Source: Microcystis aeruginosa NIES-2549 (lineage in GTDB: Bacteria > Cyanobacteriota > Cyanobacteriia > Cyanobacteriales > Microcystaceae). From it: a DNA stretch of 32,000 nt. The notes beneath the pieces are model-generated. The model was given only the letters and a program-made list of their open reading frames with translations. It had not been told where the DNA came from and made no database searches. Of this stretch, positions 1-10,399 are shown piece after piece. The position numbers and the translations under genes are program-made. The first letter of the stretch is position 1. Every line of letters starts with the position of its first letter. The stretch is from positions 60,001-92,000 of the forward strand of contig NZ_CP011304.1 in NCBI RefSeq assembly GCF_000981785.2, read 5' to 3'.

Positions 1-189
1 TTCCGTATCCGTAACCACGGCGTAGATTTCCAAACGGTTACAGGTGCTGATAATAGCCACCTCTTGGATGTGGGGATAACCCTTGAGGTGGGTAAGGGCG
101 GACTCGATTTTCGCTTCCGGGATACTCAATTTTTCGCGAATTTCCACAGGGGCTGTCTTGTGACTCAAGCCCACTACAGCAATATTCAT
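1..189 (-). CDS. hemA: glutamyl-tRNA reductase, N-terminal 63 codons (gene runs off the window at position 1)
   Basis: Hand translation of the reverse strand from ATG (187-189) gives [63 protein letters not shown]. This is the canonical GluTR N-terminus, including the STCNR catalytic-Cys motif. It is absent from the ORF track because it is truncated. Confidence 0.85.
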   Translation of the reverse strand, partial: MNIAVVGLSHKTAPVEIREKLSIPEAKIESALTHLKGYPHIQEVAIISTCNRLEIYAVVTDTE

Positions 190-373
190 TTATGTTCTCC
201 TACAAATGTTGCTCAGGCTACAAAAATTATTGATAAAGATCAGTGCGTTATGTCTCTAATTGTTGCAATTTAGTCCCAATCGGGATGCAAATAAAAGATG
301 TTTGAAAAAAAACTTTATATATTTTTACCAATGGGGGCGAGGTGAGCCATGCCCACCCCACCCGATCAGAGAA

Positions 374-1411
374 TTATCTCAGTTGAATGTATTTGGGTTG
401 GTCGAACAGGTGAACGGTATCGACGAAGCGAGCGGTTTTCGATTGGGTGGAGATAACCAAGCTTTGGGTACGAGCGCCACCATGGAAGAAGCGTACCCCT
501 TCCATCAGGGTGCCGGGGGTGATCCCACAGGCGGCAAAGAGGACGGTTTGGCCACTGGCTAATTCTTCGCAACCGTAAACGCGATCGGGATTAGTGATGC
601 CCATTTCTTGCAGACGAGCGAGATTACCCTCGCGGCTTTCGCCGATTAAACCGGTTTTGACCACTTCCGGATCATAGATTAATTGTCCCTGGAAGTGACC
701 GCCTAGACAACGCATAGCCGCCGCCGAGATTACCCCTTCTGGAGCGGCACCGATACCCATGAGAGCATGAATATTAGTTCCCGAAAAAGCGCAGGAAATA
801 GCGGCCGATACGTCACCATCGCTGATCAGACGAACTCTGGCCCCGGCGTTGCGGATTTCTTGGATTAATTCCTTGTGACGGGGACGATCCATCACCACTA
901 CCACCAGTTCTTCGATCGAACGATTGAGACAATCGGAAAGAACTTTCAGGTTTTCCGTCGCCGATTTATTAATATCCACATGACCTTTAGCTGCTGGGGG
1001 AGCGGCTAATTTTTTCATATAAAAGTCAGGAGCGGCGAATAACCCACCTTTTTCGGAGATCGCTAACACGGCCATAGAACCATTTTGACCGTAGGCAACC
1101 AAGTTAGTGCCTTCGCAGGGATCGACGGCGATATCGATTTCGACTAATTCGTCGGGATTACAATATTGTTTGGCATCAGCTTGGGTACAGATACCCACTT
1201 CTTCGCCAATATAGAGCATAGGAGCTTCGTCTCTTTCCCCTTCTCCAATAACGATGCGACCACGCATATGGATTTTATTCATCCGTTCGCGCATCGCTTC
1301 CACAGCGACGTGATCGGCGATATTTTTTTCGCCTTTACCCATCCACTTCGAGGAGGCAATGGCAGCCTGTTCGACCACTTCGATAATTTCTAACCCTAGC
1401 GTACTTTCCAC
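374..1411 (-). CDS. glpX: class II fructose-1,6-bisphosphatase / sedoheptulose-1,7-bisphosphatase (cyanobacterial bifunctional FBP/SBPase)
   Basis: 345-aa ORF with a GTG start preceded by GGGAGGA. Full-length GlpX-type sequence ([20 protein letters not shown]...[18 protein letters not shown]...VDPCEGTNL...VMDRPRH) matches my recollection of the Synechocystis Slr2094 family. Confidence 0.95.
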   Translation of the reverse strand: MESTLGLEIIEVVEQAAIASSKWMGKGEKNIADHVAVEAMRERMNKIHMRGRIVIGEGERDEAPMLYIGEEVGICTQADAKQYCNPDELVEIDIAVDPCEGTNLVAYGQNGSMAVLAISEKGGLFAAPDFYMKKLAAPPAAKGHVDINKSATENLKVLSDCLNRSIEELVVVVMDRPRHKELIQEIRNAGARVRLISDGDVSAAISCAFSGTNIHALMGIGAAPEGVISAAAMRCLGGHFQGQLIYDPEVVKTGLIGESREGNLARLQEMGITNPDRVYGCEELASGQTVLFAACGITPGTLMEGVRFFHGGARTQSLVISTQSKTARFVDTVHLFDQPKYIQLR

Positions 1412-1908
1412 TCGATGATCCTCCCTACAGCTGATCTATGATTTATCTAGTGAGTTTGTTTCCTTAACAGTCAAAAGTCTATCACCAGACGGGGATCATT
1501 CTTAAGTTTTTATGCAGATCATCTGGAGGAGACCGGTATAGCTAGGGAGTTTTTGCCAGCACTGTCGCCTCCATCTCAGTTATGGAGAGCTTGTTCGCTG
1601 ATGGCGGCTGGCGATCGCAGAAAGGTATGTTCTTCCCCCTGTTGTGAATGCTAGACAAGGGCAGCTTTGTCGATACTAAACATCTGGTCAGGTTTTGCCG
1701 AGCAAAATTATCCACCCTATTCCGTTAATCCTTCAGTGTGTTTAACCGATGCTAGAATGCAGCAAGAGACTCGGTTATTCTAGACAAGCTAAAACCCACT
1801 TTTCTTGGCAATTGAGTTAAAACGTCATCGGGTAAGGTTTTAAACTGTTGCCTGATCTCAACAAGCAATTTAAATGCGCGGGCAGCTTAACTGCCATAAA
1901 TCGGTTTG

Positions 1909-2670
1909 TTAACGAAGCCAATAAACTATAGCGGTAATAATACTCAGAATTACCACGGTCTGACGCAGATAACTAGGAGAGATAATTCTAGCTAGTTTTC
2001 CCCCCAATAAACCCCCAATTAAAGAGCCAATTGCTACCACTATCGCTGCCGACCAATATACGTGATTAGAAAAGAGAAAAAACCAAGATGCAGCCACATT
2101 AACCACCAAAGAAAGCAACTGTTTTAAAGCATTTAATCTCGTGAGATTATCCTTGAGAAATAAGCCCAAAATTGCCAACTTAATCACCCCTAAACCCGCT
2201 CCAAAATAACCACCATAAATTGAAGCGAGAGCGATGGGTAAAACCGCCAAAATTTCTGGTATATGACCATTTTCGTCCCCCTGTCGCCGCTGCAACCAAG
2301 AGCGTAAAGTATCTTGAAAAGCCAATAAAGCCGCCGCTAAAAGAATCAAAAAAGGAATCAGGCGCTCAAATACTTTATCACTACTATTTAACAGCAAAAT
2401 ACCACCGATAATGCCGCCAATAACTGCCGATGGTAGTAATAACCAAATCCGTTTTTGTTGCCCGTGCAGGTCTTTTTTTTGGGCGAGGGTTGCCCCCAGA
2501 TAACCGGGGCATAAAGCGACGGTATTAGTCACATTTGCCATCACCGGTGGGATACCCACCGCCATCAGCGTTGGAAAAGTAATCAGACTACCGCCACCGG
2601 CAAGAGCGTTAATTAAGCCGGCAGCCACCGCAGCGATTGCCAAGAAGCCATACTGAATAGGCGTGAGCAT
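1909..2670 (-). CDS. TauE/SafE (DUF81) family sulfite/anion exporter, polytopic membrane protein
   Basis: 253-aa hydrophobic ORF with Gly-rich TM helices (AGLINALAGGGSLITFP, GGYFGAGLG) typical of the TauE/SafE family. Its ATG directly abuts the stop of the upstream gene (TAAATG). Confidence 0.8.
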   Translation of the reverse strand: MLTPIQYGFLAIAAVAAGLINALAGGGSLITFPTLMAVGIPPVMANVTNTVALCPGYLGATLAQKKDLHGQQKRIWLLLPSAVIGGIIGGILLLNSSDKVFERLIPFLILLAAALLAFQDTLRSWLQRRQGDENGHIPEILAVLPIALASIYGGYFGAGLGVIKLAILGLFLKDNLTRLNALKQLLSLVVNVAASWFFLFSNHVYWSAAIVVAIGSLIGGLLGGKLARIISPSYLRQTVVILSIITAIVYWLR

Positions 2671-3222
2671 TTAGGCGTTAGGGATAGTAATTAGGGCTAA
2701 ATCAATTTTTTCCTCGTCAACTTGCTTAATTTCGGCTCTAATTCCTGGTCCAAAGTATCTCTCGATTTTTTCCTGTTTTGCCAGCCACTTTTCTAGGGGT
2801 AAAAGGGGCGATTCAAATTCTAGGGTGAGACAATAGGCGGAATCAACAGCAGTTTCACGAATTGCCACTAAAGTGGGTCTTTCCTCGTCCGTGGGGCTTA
2901 ATCCCAGCTTTTCTAGGGCTTCATCCAGATGCACCTCCTGTCCGTAGCGATAGCGGGTGACATCGTTGCGAAGTTTGGTTTGGGTGACAGTAGCCTGTTG
3001 TTGGCGCAATTGCAAGATTTCGGGGCTACTGGGTTGACTAAAGGGTATGGGTTTGATTTCTGAAGCTTTTAGGGCTAAACCTCCCAATAATAAGGGTAAT
3101 CCGTAGAAAAACCCCGCTAAATTGACCGTGGCGTTACCTTGGGCATAACCGATAATCCCGATAACCGTTAAAATACTGCCTAAAATTAAGCCAAAGTACG
3201 ATAGTCTAATTTTCCTGAGCAT
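2671..3222 (-). CDS. conserved cyanobacterial membrane protein (DUF2854-like; family assignment tentative)
   Basis: 183-aa ORF with two N-terminal TM helices and a soluble C-terminal domain. Stop codon is contiguous with the start of the TauE-family gene, implying an operon. Confidence 0.65.
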   Translation of the reverse strand: MLRKIRLSYFGLILGSILTVIGIIGYAQGNATVNLAGFFYGLPLLLGGLALKASEIKPIPFSQPSSPEILQLRQQQATVTQTKLRNDVTRYRYGQEVHLDEALEKLGLSPTDEERPTLVAIRETAVDSAYCLTLEFESPLLPLEKWLAKQEKIERYFGPGIRAEIKQVDEEKIDLALITIPNA

Positions 3223-3296
3223 GAAATAATTTTTTTCTTGAGTACGCTAATCCTTTAGAGATTATACAACTCAAGAGAATCTTTTTTGCAGAGGGG

Positions 3297-3345
3297 CAGT
3301 GGGGAGATTTTTGAGCTATCAGTAAACAGTCATCAGTCATCAGTG
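3297..3345 (+). repeat. dispersed repeat ending in STRR-like heptamers (cagtcat cagtcat cagtg); second copy at 20509-20554
   Basis: cagtggggagatttttgagctatcagtaaacagtcatcagtcatcagtg aligns by eye with aagtggggaactttttcagttatcagtgaacagtaatcagtaatcag at about 40/48 identity. Confidence 0.75.
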
Positions 3346-3469
3346 AAAAGAAAGCGGCGAACTTGCCACTTAATAAGTAAGTAATCTGAATTAATTGTTA
3401 GATAGTGGCACAGGCTTCTGGTTCTTTGTATTTTATCTTTGATTGTAACCAGCTACTTAGTTGATGATA

Positions 3470-3509
3470 GGTGGTGCGTCAGGAATTTTTGCCGTCTAAC
3501 GCACCCTAC
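3470..3509. repeat. small imperfect palindromic element of the GTAGGGTGCGTTA...TAACGCACC(CTAC) family
   Basis: ggtggtgcgtcagg-aatttttgccgt-ctaacgcaccctac forms inverted arms. Related copies occur at 22186-22242, 22265-22331 and 13400-13505. Confidence 0.7.
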
Positions 3510-3515
3510 GTTTTA

Positions 3516-5198
3516 CTATTGCCTATGTACTCGCAATTTTTCAATTAATTGAGATAATTTCTGGTCAGAAGCGGCAGTAATAAAGTCTAATTTAAACTTT
3601 TGTCCCTGACTGAGATATTCTGCATAACTAGACAGAAGAAAAGGACGAAACTTGTCATTATCGGCAATATAAACTTCAAAAAAAGCGACAAATAAAGCCC
3701 CCGCGTAATCCCCGATTAAATTTTGATCGGGTAAAGTGATATTGACCACAGACTTCAGTGTTTTTTGCATTCCTGCATCCAATTCTGTAAAATTTACATG
3801 AGCTTGTCCCTCGACCATGGCCAGATATTTATCCGGGGTTTTTAACCAAGTAAAAGGAATGGCCTGTTCAAAAATCGGATTAGCTGCCGGGTCATAACTT
3901 CCCGAACCCAAGAGGACAGGAATTGCTATTTTGCTTAAACCTTTTTCCCCAAAAATACTGCGGTTAACGGGATTAGTCGCAAAGACGGCCGTGACTCGTT
4001 CATCGCGAAAATTATAGACCTGTCTAGGCAATTCCAGGGCGCGACATTCCAGTAAAATGGCGATATTAATCCCGGAGTAAGGACGATTACAATCTTGGGC
4101 GAGATTATCAAAATCAATTTGTGCGCCAGCAACAGCTAGAGATGTATAACCTCCAAAGGAATGACCCGCTACTCCCACATTAGTGAGGTCCAGTTTACCT
4201 TGAAATTGACTAGGATTACGTCTGGCTAATTCATCGATGACAAAGCTAATATCTTTGGGTCGATTAATAAACTCATTGCCATCAAAAATATTGCGATAAT
4301 ACCCCCCTAACATTCCTTGCAGGTATTTGATATCACTGCCGGGGTGTTGCGGTGCCGCTACTAAAAATCCGTAGGAAGCTAGATGTTCAATTGCTTGGGC
4401 ATAATCTTCCGGTCGCGAGGCTAATCCGTGGGAAAAAATAATTACAGGTGTTTTGCCTTCTCGGAAAGTTTGCGGGATATAAACATCCACATATAAACTG
4501 CGATTGCGACTGCTATCGGTTAGGTTCCAAACTTCTTTTTTTACCTGAAAGCTACCGCGCTGGCGCAGATCGGGTAAACTGGTATAATTAATCGGTGGTT
4601 TAACGGCAGCGGCTTCCTCGGCTGTCCAGAGGCGCATATCTTTAATAAATATTTCCGCCACATAAACCGCATAATCGATGGTTTTAGCTAATCCGAGGAT
4701 TTCTTCCCCCTGTAACTGGATATTATTGGGGAATTTTTTCAGCACATTTAAAAGGGTTAATCCTCCCGGATCGAAAGCGGCACTAACAATCGCACCCCGC
4801 AGGGCATATTTACCATTAATTCCCCCTTGAATGGTGATGCCTTTGCCCAAACGAGAGAGCATATCAGCACCCATCACACTATTAAAAAAACGAGATAGTA
4901 AAATAGGATCGATGTCAATCTTTGTTAATAAAGCCTCACGAAACTTCTCTCTTGCTTCGGGAGTTGCTCTGGCCAGAAATCTTTTTAAATTATCATCGAT
5001 TTTTCCTTCTTTAGCAAAGGTTTCTAGGGATGCTACCGATACGGAAAAGACGAGGGGAGTATAGACAAATTCAATTTCTTCGGCGGCTTTTAGGGGTAAA
5101 GTGGTGATACCTGCAGCGAAAAGACCTAGAAGGAAAGCTCGCAGCCGACGGGTGGTATTATTTCTGGGAAAACGATTTTGTAACCTGGGTATAATCAT
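3516..5198 (-). CDS. secreted alpha/beta-hydrolase with N-terminal DUF1400-like domain (PAF-acetylhydrolase/dienelactone-hydrolase-like)
   Basis: 560-aa ORF with an N-terminal signal/anchor (LRAFLLGLFAAGITTLPLKA), a DUF1400-like region and a nucleophile-elbow motif GHSFGG. Confidence 0.8.
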   Translation of the reverse strand: MIIPRLQNRFPRNNTTRRLRAFLLGLFAAGITTLPLKAAEEIEFVYTPLVFSVSVASLETFAKEGKIDDNLKRFLARATPEAREKFREALLTKIDIDPILLSRFFNSVMGADMLSRLGKGITIQGGINGKYALRGAIVSAAFDPGGLTLLNVLKKFPNNIQLQGEEILGLAKTIDYAVYVAEIFIKDMRLWTAEEAAAVKPPINYTSLPDLRQRGSFQVKKEVWNLTDSSRNRSLYVDVYIPQTFREGKTPVIIFSHGLASRPEDYAQAIEHLASYGFLVAAPQHPGSDIKYLQGMLGGYYRNIFDGNEFINRPKDISFVIDELARRNPSQFQGKLDLTNVGVAGHSFGGYTSLAVAGAQIDFDNLAQDCNRPYSGINIAILLECRALELPRQVYNFRDERVTAVFATNPVNRSIFGEKGLSKIAIPVLLGSGSYDPAANPIFEQAIPFTWLKTPDKYLAMVEGQAHVNFTELDAGMQKTLKSVVNITLPDQNLIGDYAGALFVAFFEVYIADNDKFRPFLLSSYAEYLSQGQKFKLDFITAASDQKLSQLIEKLRVHRQ

Positions 5199-5545
5199 AG
5201 GATTTTTAGTTAAGTTAGATGACAGAAATTAAAGGAAAAAGTGACACTGTGATTGATATCTACAGCCAACAAACATCGACAAAATTTTAGGTAGATTAGA
5301 ATAAAAAATCATGAGTAAAATCTCGATGTTTACTTATTAAAACCATAGATTGCTTTCGAGGATTTTGATTTTAGACAATTAATGTTTTCCGAATATATTA
5401 CCTAGTATTGACTATATATTAAAATTGGTTTTTTGTCAAGATATTAGCTATTAATAAAAAAGAATAAGCACATTAATTTAATAAGTGAAAGTGATATATT
5501 TTCAGATGAAAATAATCAGATAAGATTTCTGACCAAGATAAATTG

Positions 5546-6856
5546 CTAATCATTGCGAATGTAAATATTTTGTTGCGGGAAGGGAATCTCGATACCCTGT
5601 TGAGTAAACCTAGCGAGAATAGCACAATTAATATCACTAATTACTCGCTTTTTTCTGTTGACATCATCCAACCAAAACTTTAATTCAAAGTTTAAACTAG
5701 AATCACCAAAATTAATAAAAAATGCTACTGGTTGCGGGTTTTTAAGTATGTGAGGATGTTGATCAGCAATGTCTAGTAATAAACTCATCACCTGTTGTGC
5801 GTTAGAATTATAACCAACTGCGATAACAATTGAACAATAAATCAAGTTATCACTACCCGTATAGGTGGTGACATCCTCAGTAAAAAACTTTTGATTGGGA
5901 ATAATTTTTTCGGAATTGTCCGTGAGTATTTGCACTGTTGTCGCTCGGATACCTAGCTTTTTTACCTGAGAAGTCTGTCCTTCAATATTAATTATATCAC
6001 CGGGTTTGAGAACTTTTTCAAATAATAGTAAAATCCCGCTAATAAAATTACTGACTACTTGCTGCATACCGAAACCAATACCCACCGATAAACCGCCAGT
6101 AATTGCCGCTATTGCTGTTGCATTAACTCCCACATAACCCAAGATGAGAATAAAACCTAAGACAATGAAAAAATAACGTCCTAAAAGTAAAGTTGCTTCA
6201 ATTTCACCGCGACTAGCTTGCTGATTTAAATTAGTAATACTCAGAATTATGCTCTCTATAAGAATAACAATAATTACCAGAAAATAGGGAGCTATTATCA
6301 AAATAAATATGCTTCTCAATGTGATCGGACTATTGAATAAATTAAAGGGAGATACTTGGGCAATTTCCTGAATATTATTGTAGAAACCAATCATGGTTCT
6401 CAGGAGGAATAATAGCAATAAAGGTGCTAAAAGCCGCCAATGATAATATTTAATTGTCTTGACGGAAAACTTGGCGTATAATCCAGCTAATAAACCACGA
6501 TAAACGAAATAAAACCACATTAGTTTTATCGATAAACTAATCATTCCTCTTGTCCAGTTTTGACCCAAAAAAATTAGATAACTTAAGTCAAGTAAAATTA
6601 GGCTAATAACTGGAAAATTAAGAAACTGTATCAGGATAGCAAAATATTGACGGAGGGTTAACTTTTCATCACTATGGATCAAACTGGTAACGTGAGGAAA
6701 TCTTTTTTCTAAGTAAGACCATAACCATTTTGATAATAACCAAGCAAGAATTAAAGACAGAAAAATGATCGTTAATTGATTTTGAACATTTCTGCGTCCT
6801 AAAAATAATAATTGGTTAGCAATTATCTCCGAAAGAGAGGGAATATTGTTGTTCAT
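5546..6856 (-). CDS. MscS-family mechanosensitive channel protein with extended N-terminal TM region
   Basis: 436-aa ORF with multiple TM helices followed by the MscS pore/beta-domain signature (ISGILLLFEKVLKPGDIINIEGQTSQVKKLGIRATTVQ). The start codon lies 1 nt after the stop of the upstream SBP gene (TAA T ATG). Confidence 0.85.
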   Translation of the reverse strand: MNNNIPSLSEIIANQLLFLGRRNVQNQLTIIFLSLILAWLLSKWLWSYLEKRFPHVTSLIHSDEKLTLRQYFAILIQFLNFPVISLILLDLSYLIFLGQNWTRGMISLSIKLMWFYFVYRGLLAGLYAKFSVKTIKYYHWRLLAPLLLLFLLRTMIGFYNNIQEIAQVSPFNLFNSPITLRSIFILIIAPYFLVIIVILIESIILSITNLNQQASRGEIEATLLLGRYFFIVLGFILILGYVGVNATAIAAITGGLSVGIGFGMQQVVSNFISGILLLFEKVLKPGDIINIEGQTSQVKKLGIRATTVQILTDNSEKIIPNQKFFTEDVTTYTGSDNLIYCSIVIAVGYNSNAQQVMSLLLDIADQHPHILKNPQPVAFFINFGDSSLNFELKFWLDDVNRKKRVISDINCAILARFTQQGIEIPFPQQNIYIRND

Positions 6857-6857
6857 A

Positions 6858-8150
6858 TTAATTTATTTTCCTGACTTCCTGATCAATATCTGATTGAATA
6901 TAAAGTGTCAGTTTTTCGGCTGCTGCTGAGGGAGATATTTCACCAGCGATCGCTCTTTCATACCAAAATTCTCCTTGTTCTAAAATTTTATTCAACTTTT
7001 CCCAATCATCCAGAGGAACTGCCACGGCATTTTGAGATTGTTGTAATAATACTGATTCAGTTGGTAGTAATTTTCCTTCGATCTGCACCCGTCGATTAGT
7101 GGGAATAAAACTTTCGGTTTGGGTGATTGCTTGTAATTGTTGTTCGGGATTAGTGAGAAATTTTCCTAAAGCTAATCCCAAACGATTTTCATTATCACTA
7201 TTATTGCGATTAAATACCATCACCCGTGTATAGAGAATTGGTGCTGCTTTACCTTGAGTTTCTTGGGGAAGTAAAGCGACTCTGAGATCATCTTGTAGGC
7301 TATTTTTTAAATCGGCAATTTCAATAGAACTACACACATAATAGGTTAAGCGGCCTCTAGCAAAGGCATCATGGAGTAATTCCCGTTGACGATTGAGGAT
7401 AAAATTAGGCTGTGACGAGGCAAATTTTAGCCATTCTAGCCATTTTGCCCAACCATATAGGCGAGGTTGCAGGCTACCCTGATCATCCCACAAATAGCCG
7501 CCAAAAATTGCCATTCCCCAAAAAGTATCTTCAAAAGAGGACACCATCCCCACAGAATAGCCTTTGCGCGCACGTTCCACTAATCCCTCTAAACTGGTGG
7601 GAGGTTGCTTCAGCAGCGGATCGGGACTAACTTGTAATTTTTTTTGATTATAACACAGTACATTGGTACGAGAACCCAAGGGAATGCCATAGATTTTTCC
7701 TTGATAGCTAACTTGTTTCAGCGTCGGGGGATAATAAATAGATAAATCTAGATTTTTCTGGTCAATTTCCTTCAGTACTCCTTGGGATACTAATCTGGGT
7801 ATATTTCTCGAAAAAATTAGAATAACACTCGCACCCAATCCGCTTTGAGATTGTTTAAAAAAACGTTCGGGTATCTCATCGATAGGAATAGCTTTTTCGA
7901 GAATTGTCACTTGCGGATTTAATTTTTCAAACTCTTGCAAACCCAGACCTAGTACTTCAGTTAAATTTCTCTCTTCTGGATACCAAACCGAGAGGGTTCC
8001 TTGCAGTTGCTCCGATGATTGAGTAGGAAGATAACTAAAACAGGCATAAAGAAAAATTGGCATCAAGATAAAAAGCAATAGGAGCGATATAATTCTCCTT
8101 ATTTTTTTACTTCCCCAAGCAGTTTTAACTTTGAGCCTTAGAAATTGCAT
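6858..8150 (-). CDS. extracellular solute-binding protein (ABC-type family-1 SBP fold), N-terminally anchored
   Basis: 430-aa ORF with an N-terminal TM/signal anchor (IISLLLLFILMPIFLYAC) and an SBP_bac_1-like body. No permease or ATPase genes are adjacent. Confidence 0.7.
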   Translation of the reverse strand: MQFLRLKVKTAWGSKKIRRIISLLLLFILMPIFLYACFSYLPTQSSEQLQGTLSVWYPEERNLTEVLGLGLQEFEKLNPQVTILEKAIPIDEIPERFFKQSQSGLGASVILIFSRNIPRLVSQGVLKEIDQKNLDLSIYYPPTLKQVSYQGKIYGIPLGSRTNVLCYNQKKLQVSPDPLLKQPPTSLEGLVERARKGYSVGMVSSFEDTFWGMAIFGGYLWDDQGSLQPRLYGWAKWLEWLKFASSQPNFILNRQRELLHDAFARGRLTYYVCSSIEIADLKNSLQDDLRVALLPQETQGKAAPILYTRVMVFNRNNSDNENRLGLALGKFLTNPEQQLQAITQTESFIPTNRRVQIEGKLLPTESVLLQQSQNAVAVPLDDWEKLNKILEQGEFWYERAIAGEISPSAAAEKLTLYIQSDIDQEVRKIN

Positions 8151-8607
8151 CGCTCGTGATCCTTCAAAAATCTTGCCATATATTCATAGTACATGAAAAG
8201 GTGAATAATAATCTTCATCAGAAAAATAATTAACATGATCTTTTGTCAAAAGCCCCCAGTATAGAAACAATTCCAGTTAAAAATTTGTGCGAGTTAAGCT
8301 GCTGACGTATCTAAATTACCTGTTACGTCCAGAACCCTATTTATAAATCTTTGTTAAGTACAATTTATACCAAATTGGGTGAGCTTCCCCTGCATACCAA
8401 ATAGGTTTTTAATAGTATGATTAACCACCGAGTTATGGATTATTTCTCCCCGCTCTCCTATACCTTTCAAATAGGATTTAGTATCAGTCCTCCTCATTTC
8501 CTCAAAATCTTTTCCCATTTGGGGCATTTAATCCCTCCTTTTCAAGGATAATTGGCTAGTGGCAATAAATATTAGGATGAGGTTCGGGATTTTGGGGAGG
8601 AGGGTAT

Positions 8608-10254
8608 TTAGTTAAATAATCTTTGCAGAAAAGTGCTTTGATCCCGCAGAAAAACCTGAGCGCAATTACGCCCCGGCATTCCCGAAATTGAGCCGCCGGG
8701 GTGAGTTCCTGCCCCAGTTAAATAAAGGTTTTTAATGGGGGTTTTGTAGTTAGCTATTTCCGGCAAAGGACGCAGGAAAATCATCTGATCTAAGGTCATA
8801 TCAAGATGATAGTAATTACCCTTATAGGAACCCAAACGATTAGCTAATTCGGCCGGACTTTCCACCCGACGAGCAATAATGGCGGATTTGAGATTGGGGG
8901 CATAATTGGCCAGTTTATCAAGAACTCGATCGGCCACGCGATTTTTTAATTCTTCCGTCCATCCCGTGCCGTTTAATCCCGTTCCCTCAGCCCCGGCAAT
9001 CTGATAGGGGGCAAAAAATTCGATCCAGAGGGTATGCTTGCCCTGGGGAGCCATGGAGGGATCGAGAATAGTGGGGACATCTAGGTACATCGAGGGATTT
9101 TCGTCGGGAATCTGCCCCAAAATCGTTAAAGCGTGGGCTTGTTCAACGTGACGCACGGAATCGGCGATGAGAATCGTTCCCTGTAAATACTCCTCTTTGT
9201 GATCATAAGCCTCGAACCTTGGCGCTTCGGCGAGGGCGCAGTCAATTTTAAGAATTGTTTCATTGTTATTGACAATTCGCCGTTCTACCCTTTCTCGCAA
9301 TTCCGGATCGGCGGCATCCACATCGGCGGAGGCGACTAACTGTAAAAAAACTCGTCTAGCGTCAATATTAGAGATAACACCCGCTTTGGCCAGATATTCC
9401 TGTCCAGAGTCCACCCTAACCCCGATCGCTTCTCCTTCCTCGATTAGAATCTGTTTAACTTTCTGCTCGGTTAAAATCACCCCACCGAGACTAACAACGC
9501 ATTTCACCAGAGCCTCGGTTAGTGCGCCCGTACCACCACGAGGGCGAGCCACCCCGGGGGAATGACGCATCGCCATCATCATCATCCCGGAGGTAATGCC
9601 TTTTTGGGAGGGAGGAGCGCCAATTTCCGCCGCTAGACGAGCCAGGGGTGCTTTGACAAATTCGCTTTCGAACCACTCATTAAGGACATCTTCGGGGGAA
9701 GTAATCATCGTGCGGATGAAGTCGAGCAGTTTCTTTTTCGAGCCGATCGCTTTCCAGACACTAGCTAAGGCACTAGAGTTATAATTGCGGGCGATTCTGA
9801 GCAAATCTTGGGGCGGAGCGTTAAACCAAGGACCGATCGCATTCATCAACTGCGCCCAATAGTCGATAAACTGAAGGTAGCGATCGGCATCTCGCGGACA
9901 AAACTGGGCAATTGCGGCGTGAGTTTTTTCCAGAGAGCGATAGGAAAGAAAATATTGGCCGGAGGGATGGGGACAGAAAACGGTAGGATCGAAGAATAAA
10001 TACTCTAATCCGTGCCGTTTTAGCTCTAATTCCTCAATTACTGGTCCCAAAAAGATAAATTCGTGATCGATCGCACAGAGATTAAACTTAAAATCGGGGG
10101 CTAGATCTGGGATAACCGCTTCTGTGGTAGCCGCTCCTCCTGGTACGCTACGCTGTTCCAGAAGGAGGACGCGATAACCAGCTTTGAGGAGATAGGCGGC
10201 ACAAACTAAACCATTATGCCCCGCACCGATGAGGATGACATCGTAACTTTCCAT
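8608..10254 (-). CDS. crtO: CrtI-family FAD-dependent oxidoreductase, CrtO-type beta-carotene ketolase
   Basis: 548-aa ORF with an N-terminal dinucleotide-binding motif (DVILIGAGHNGLVCAAYL). Its length and C-terminal GTHPGGSISGMPGRN motif fit CrtO-type ketolases such as Synechocystis Slr0088. Product-level assignment is from memory and was not searched. Confidence 0.65.
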   Translation of the reverse strand: MESYDVILIGAGHNGLVCAAYLLKAGYRVLLLEQRSVPGGAATTEAVIPDLAPDFKFNLCAIDHEFIFLGPVIEELELKRHGLEYLFFDPTVFCPHPSGQYFLSYRSLEKTHAAIAQFCPRDADRYLQFIDYWAQLMNAIGPWFNAPPQDLLRIARNYNSSALASVWKAIGSKKKLLDFIRTMITSPEDVLNEWFESEFVKAPLARLAAEIGAPPSQKGITSGMMMMAMRHSPGVARPRGGTGALTEALVKCVVSLGGVILTEQKVKQILIEEGEAIGVRVDSGQEYLAKAGVISNIDARRVFLQLVASADVDAADPELRERVERRIVNNNETILKIDCALAEAPRFEAYDHKEEYLQGTILIADSVRHVEQAHALTILGQIPDENPSMYLDVPTILDPSMAPQGKHTLWIEFFAPYQIAGAEGTGLNGTGWTEELKNRVADRVLDKLANYAPNLKSAIIARRVESPAELANRLGSYKGNYYHLDMTLDQMIFLRPLPEIANYKTPIKNLYLTGAGTHPGGSISGMPGRNCAQVFLRDQSTFLQRLFN

Positions 10255-10399
10255 GCAGTTTCAAAAATTCCTATTTTTAATTTTGCGCTTTTCTTGGCCT
10301 TAATATGTTAAAAATAGTTAAAGATTCGCTGCTGTCAGCAGATTTCAGCGAGCAGTTATGAGTGAGCAGGTAGAAAACATTTAATTTTTCCTTTTTTTT

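Noticed and set aside
64-572. ORFs 64-273 (+), 260-562 (+) and 366-572 (-)
   Set aside because: They overlap the hemA N-terminus or the glpX C-terminus, or lie in the short spacer between them. None has a recognisable motif.
8435-8551. 38-aa plus-strand ORF (MDYFSPLSYTFQIGFSISPPHFLKIFSHLGHLIPPFQG) in the crtO-downstream spacer
   Set aside because: It is short, lacks a recognisable RBS or motif, and spans a dispersed-repeat motif (ggatttagtatcag), so it is likely fortuitous.
9263-9999. Four plus-strand ORFs (9263-9565, 9596-9784, 9808-9999) and one alternate-frame minus-strand ORF (9491-9676), all inside the crtO region
   Set aside because: They lie wholly within a well-supported 548-aa minus-strand gene, have Arg/Ser/Pro-rich low-complexity translations, and are typical spurious ORFs of a GC-richer gene.
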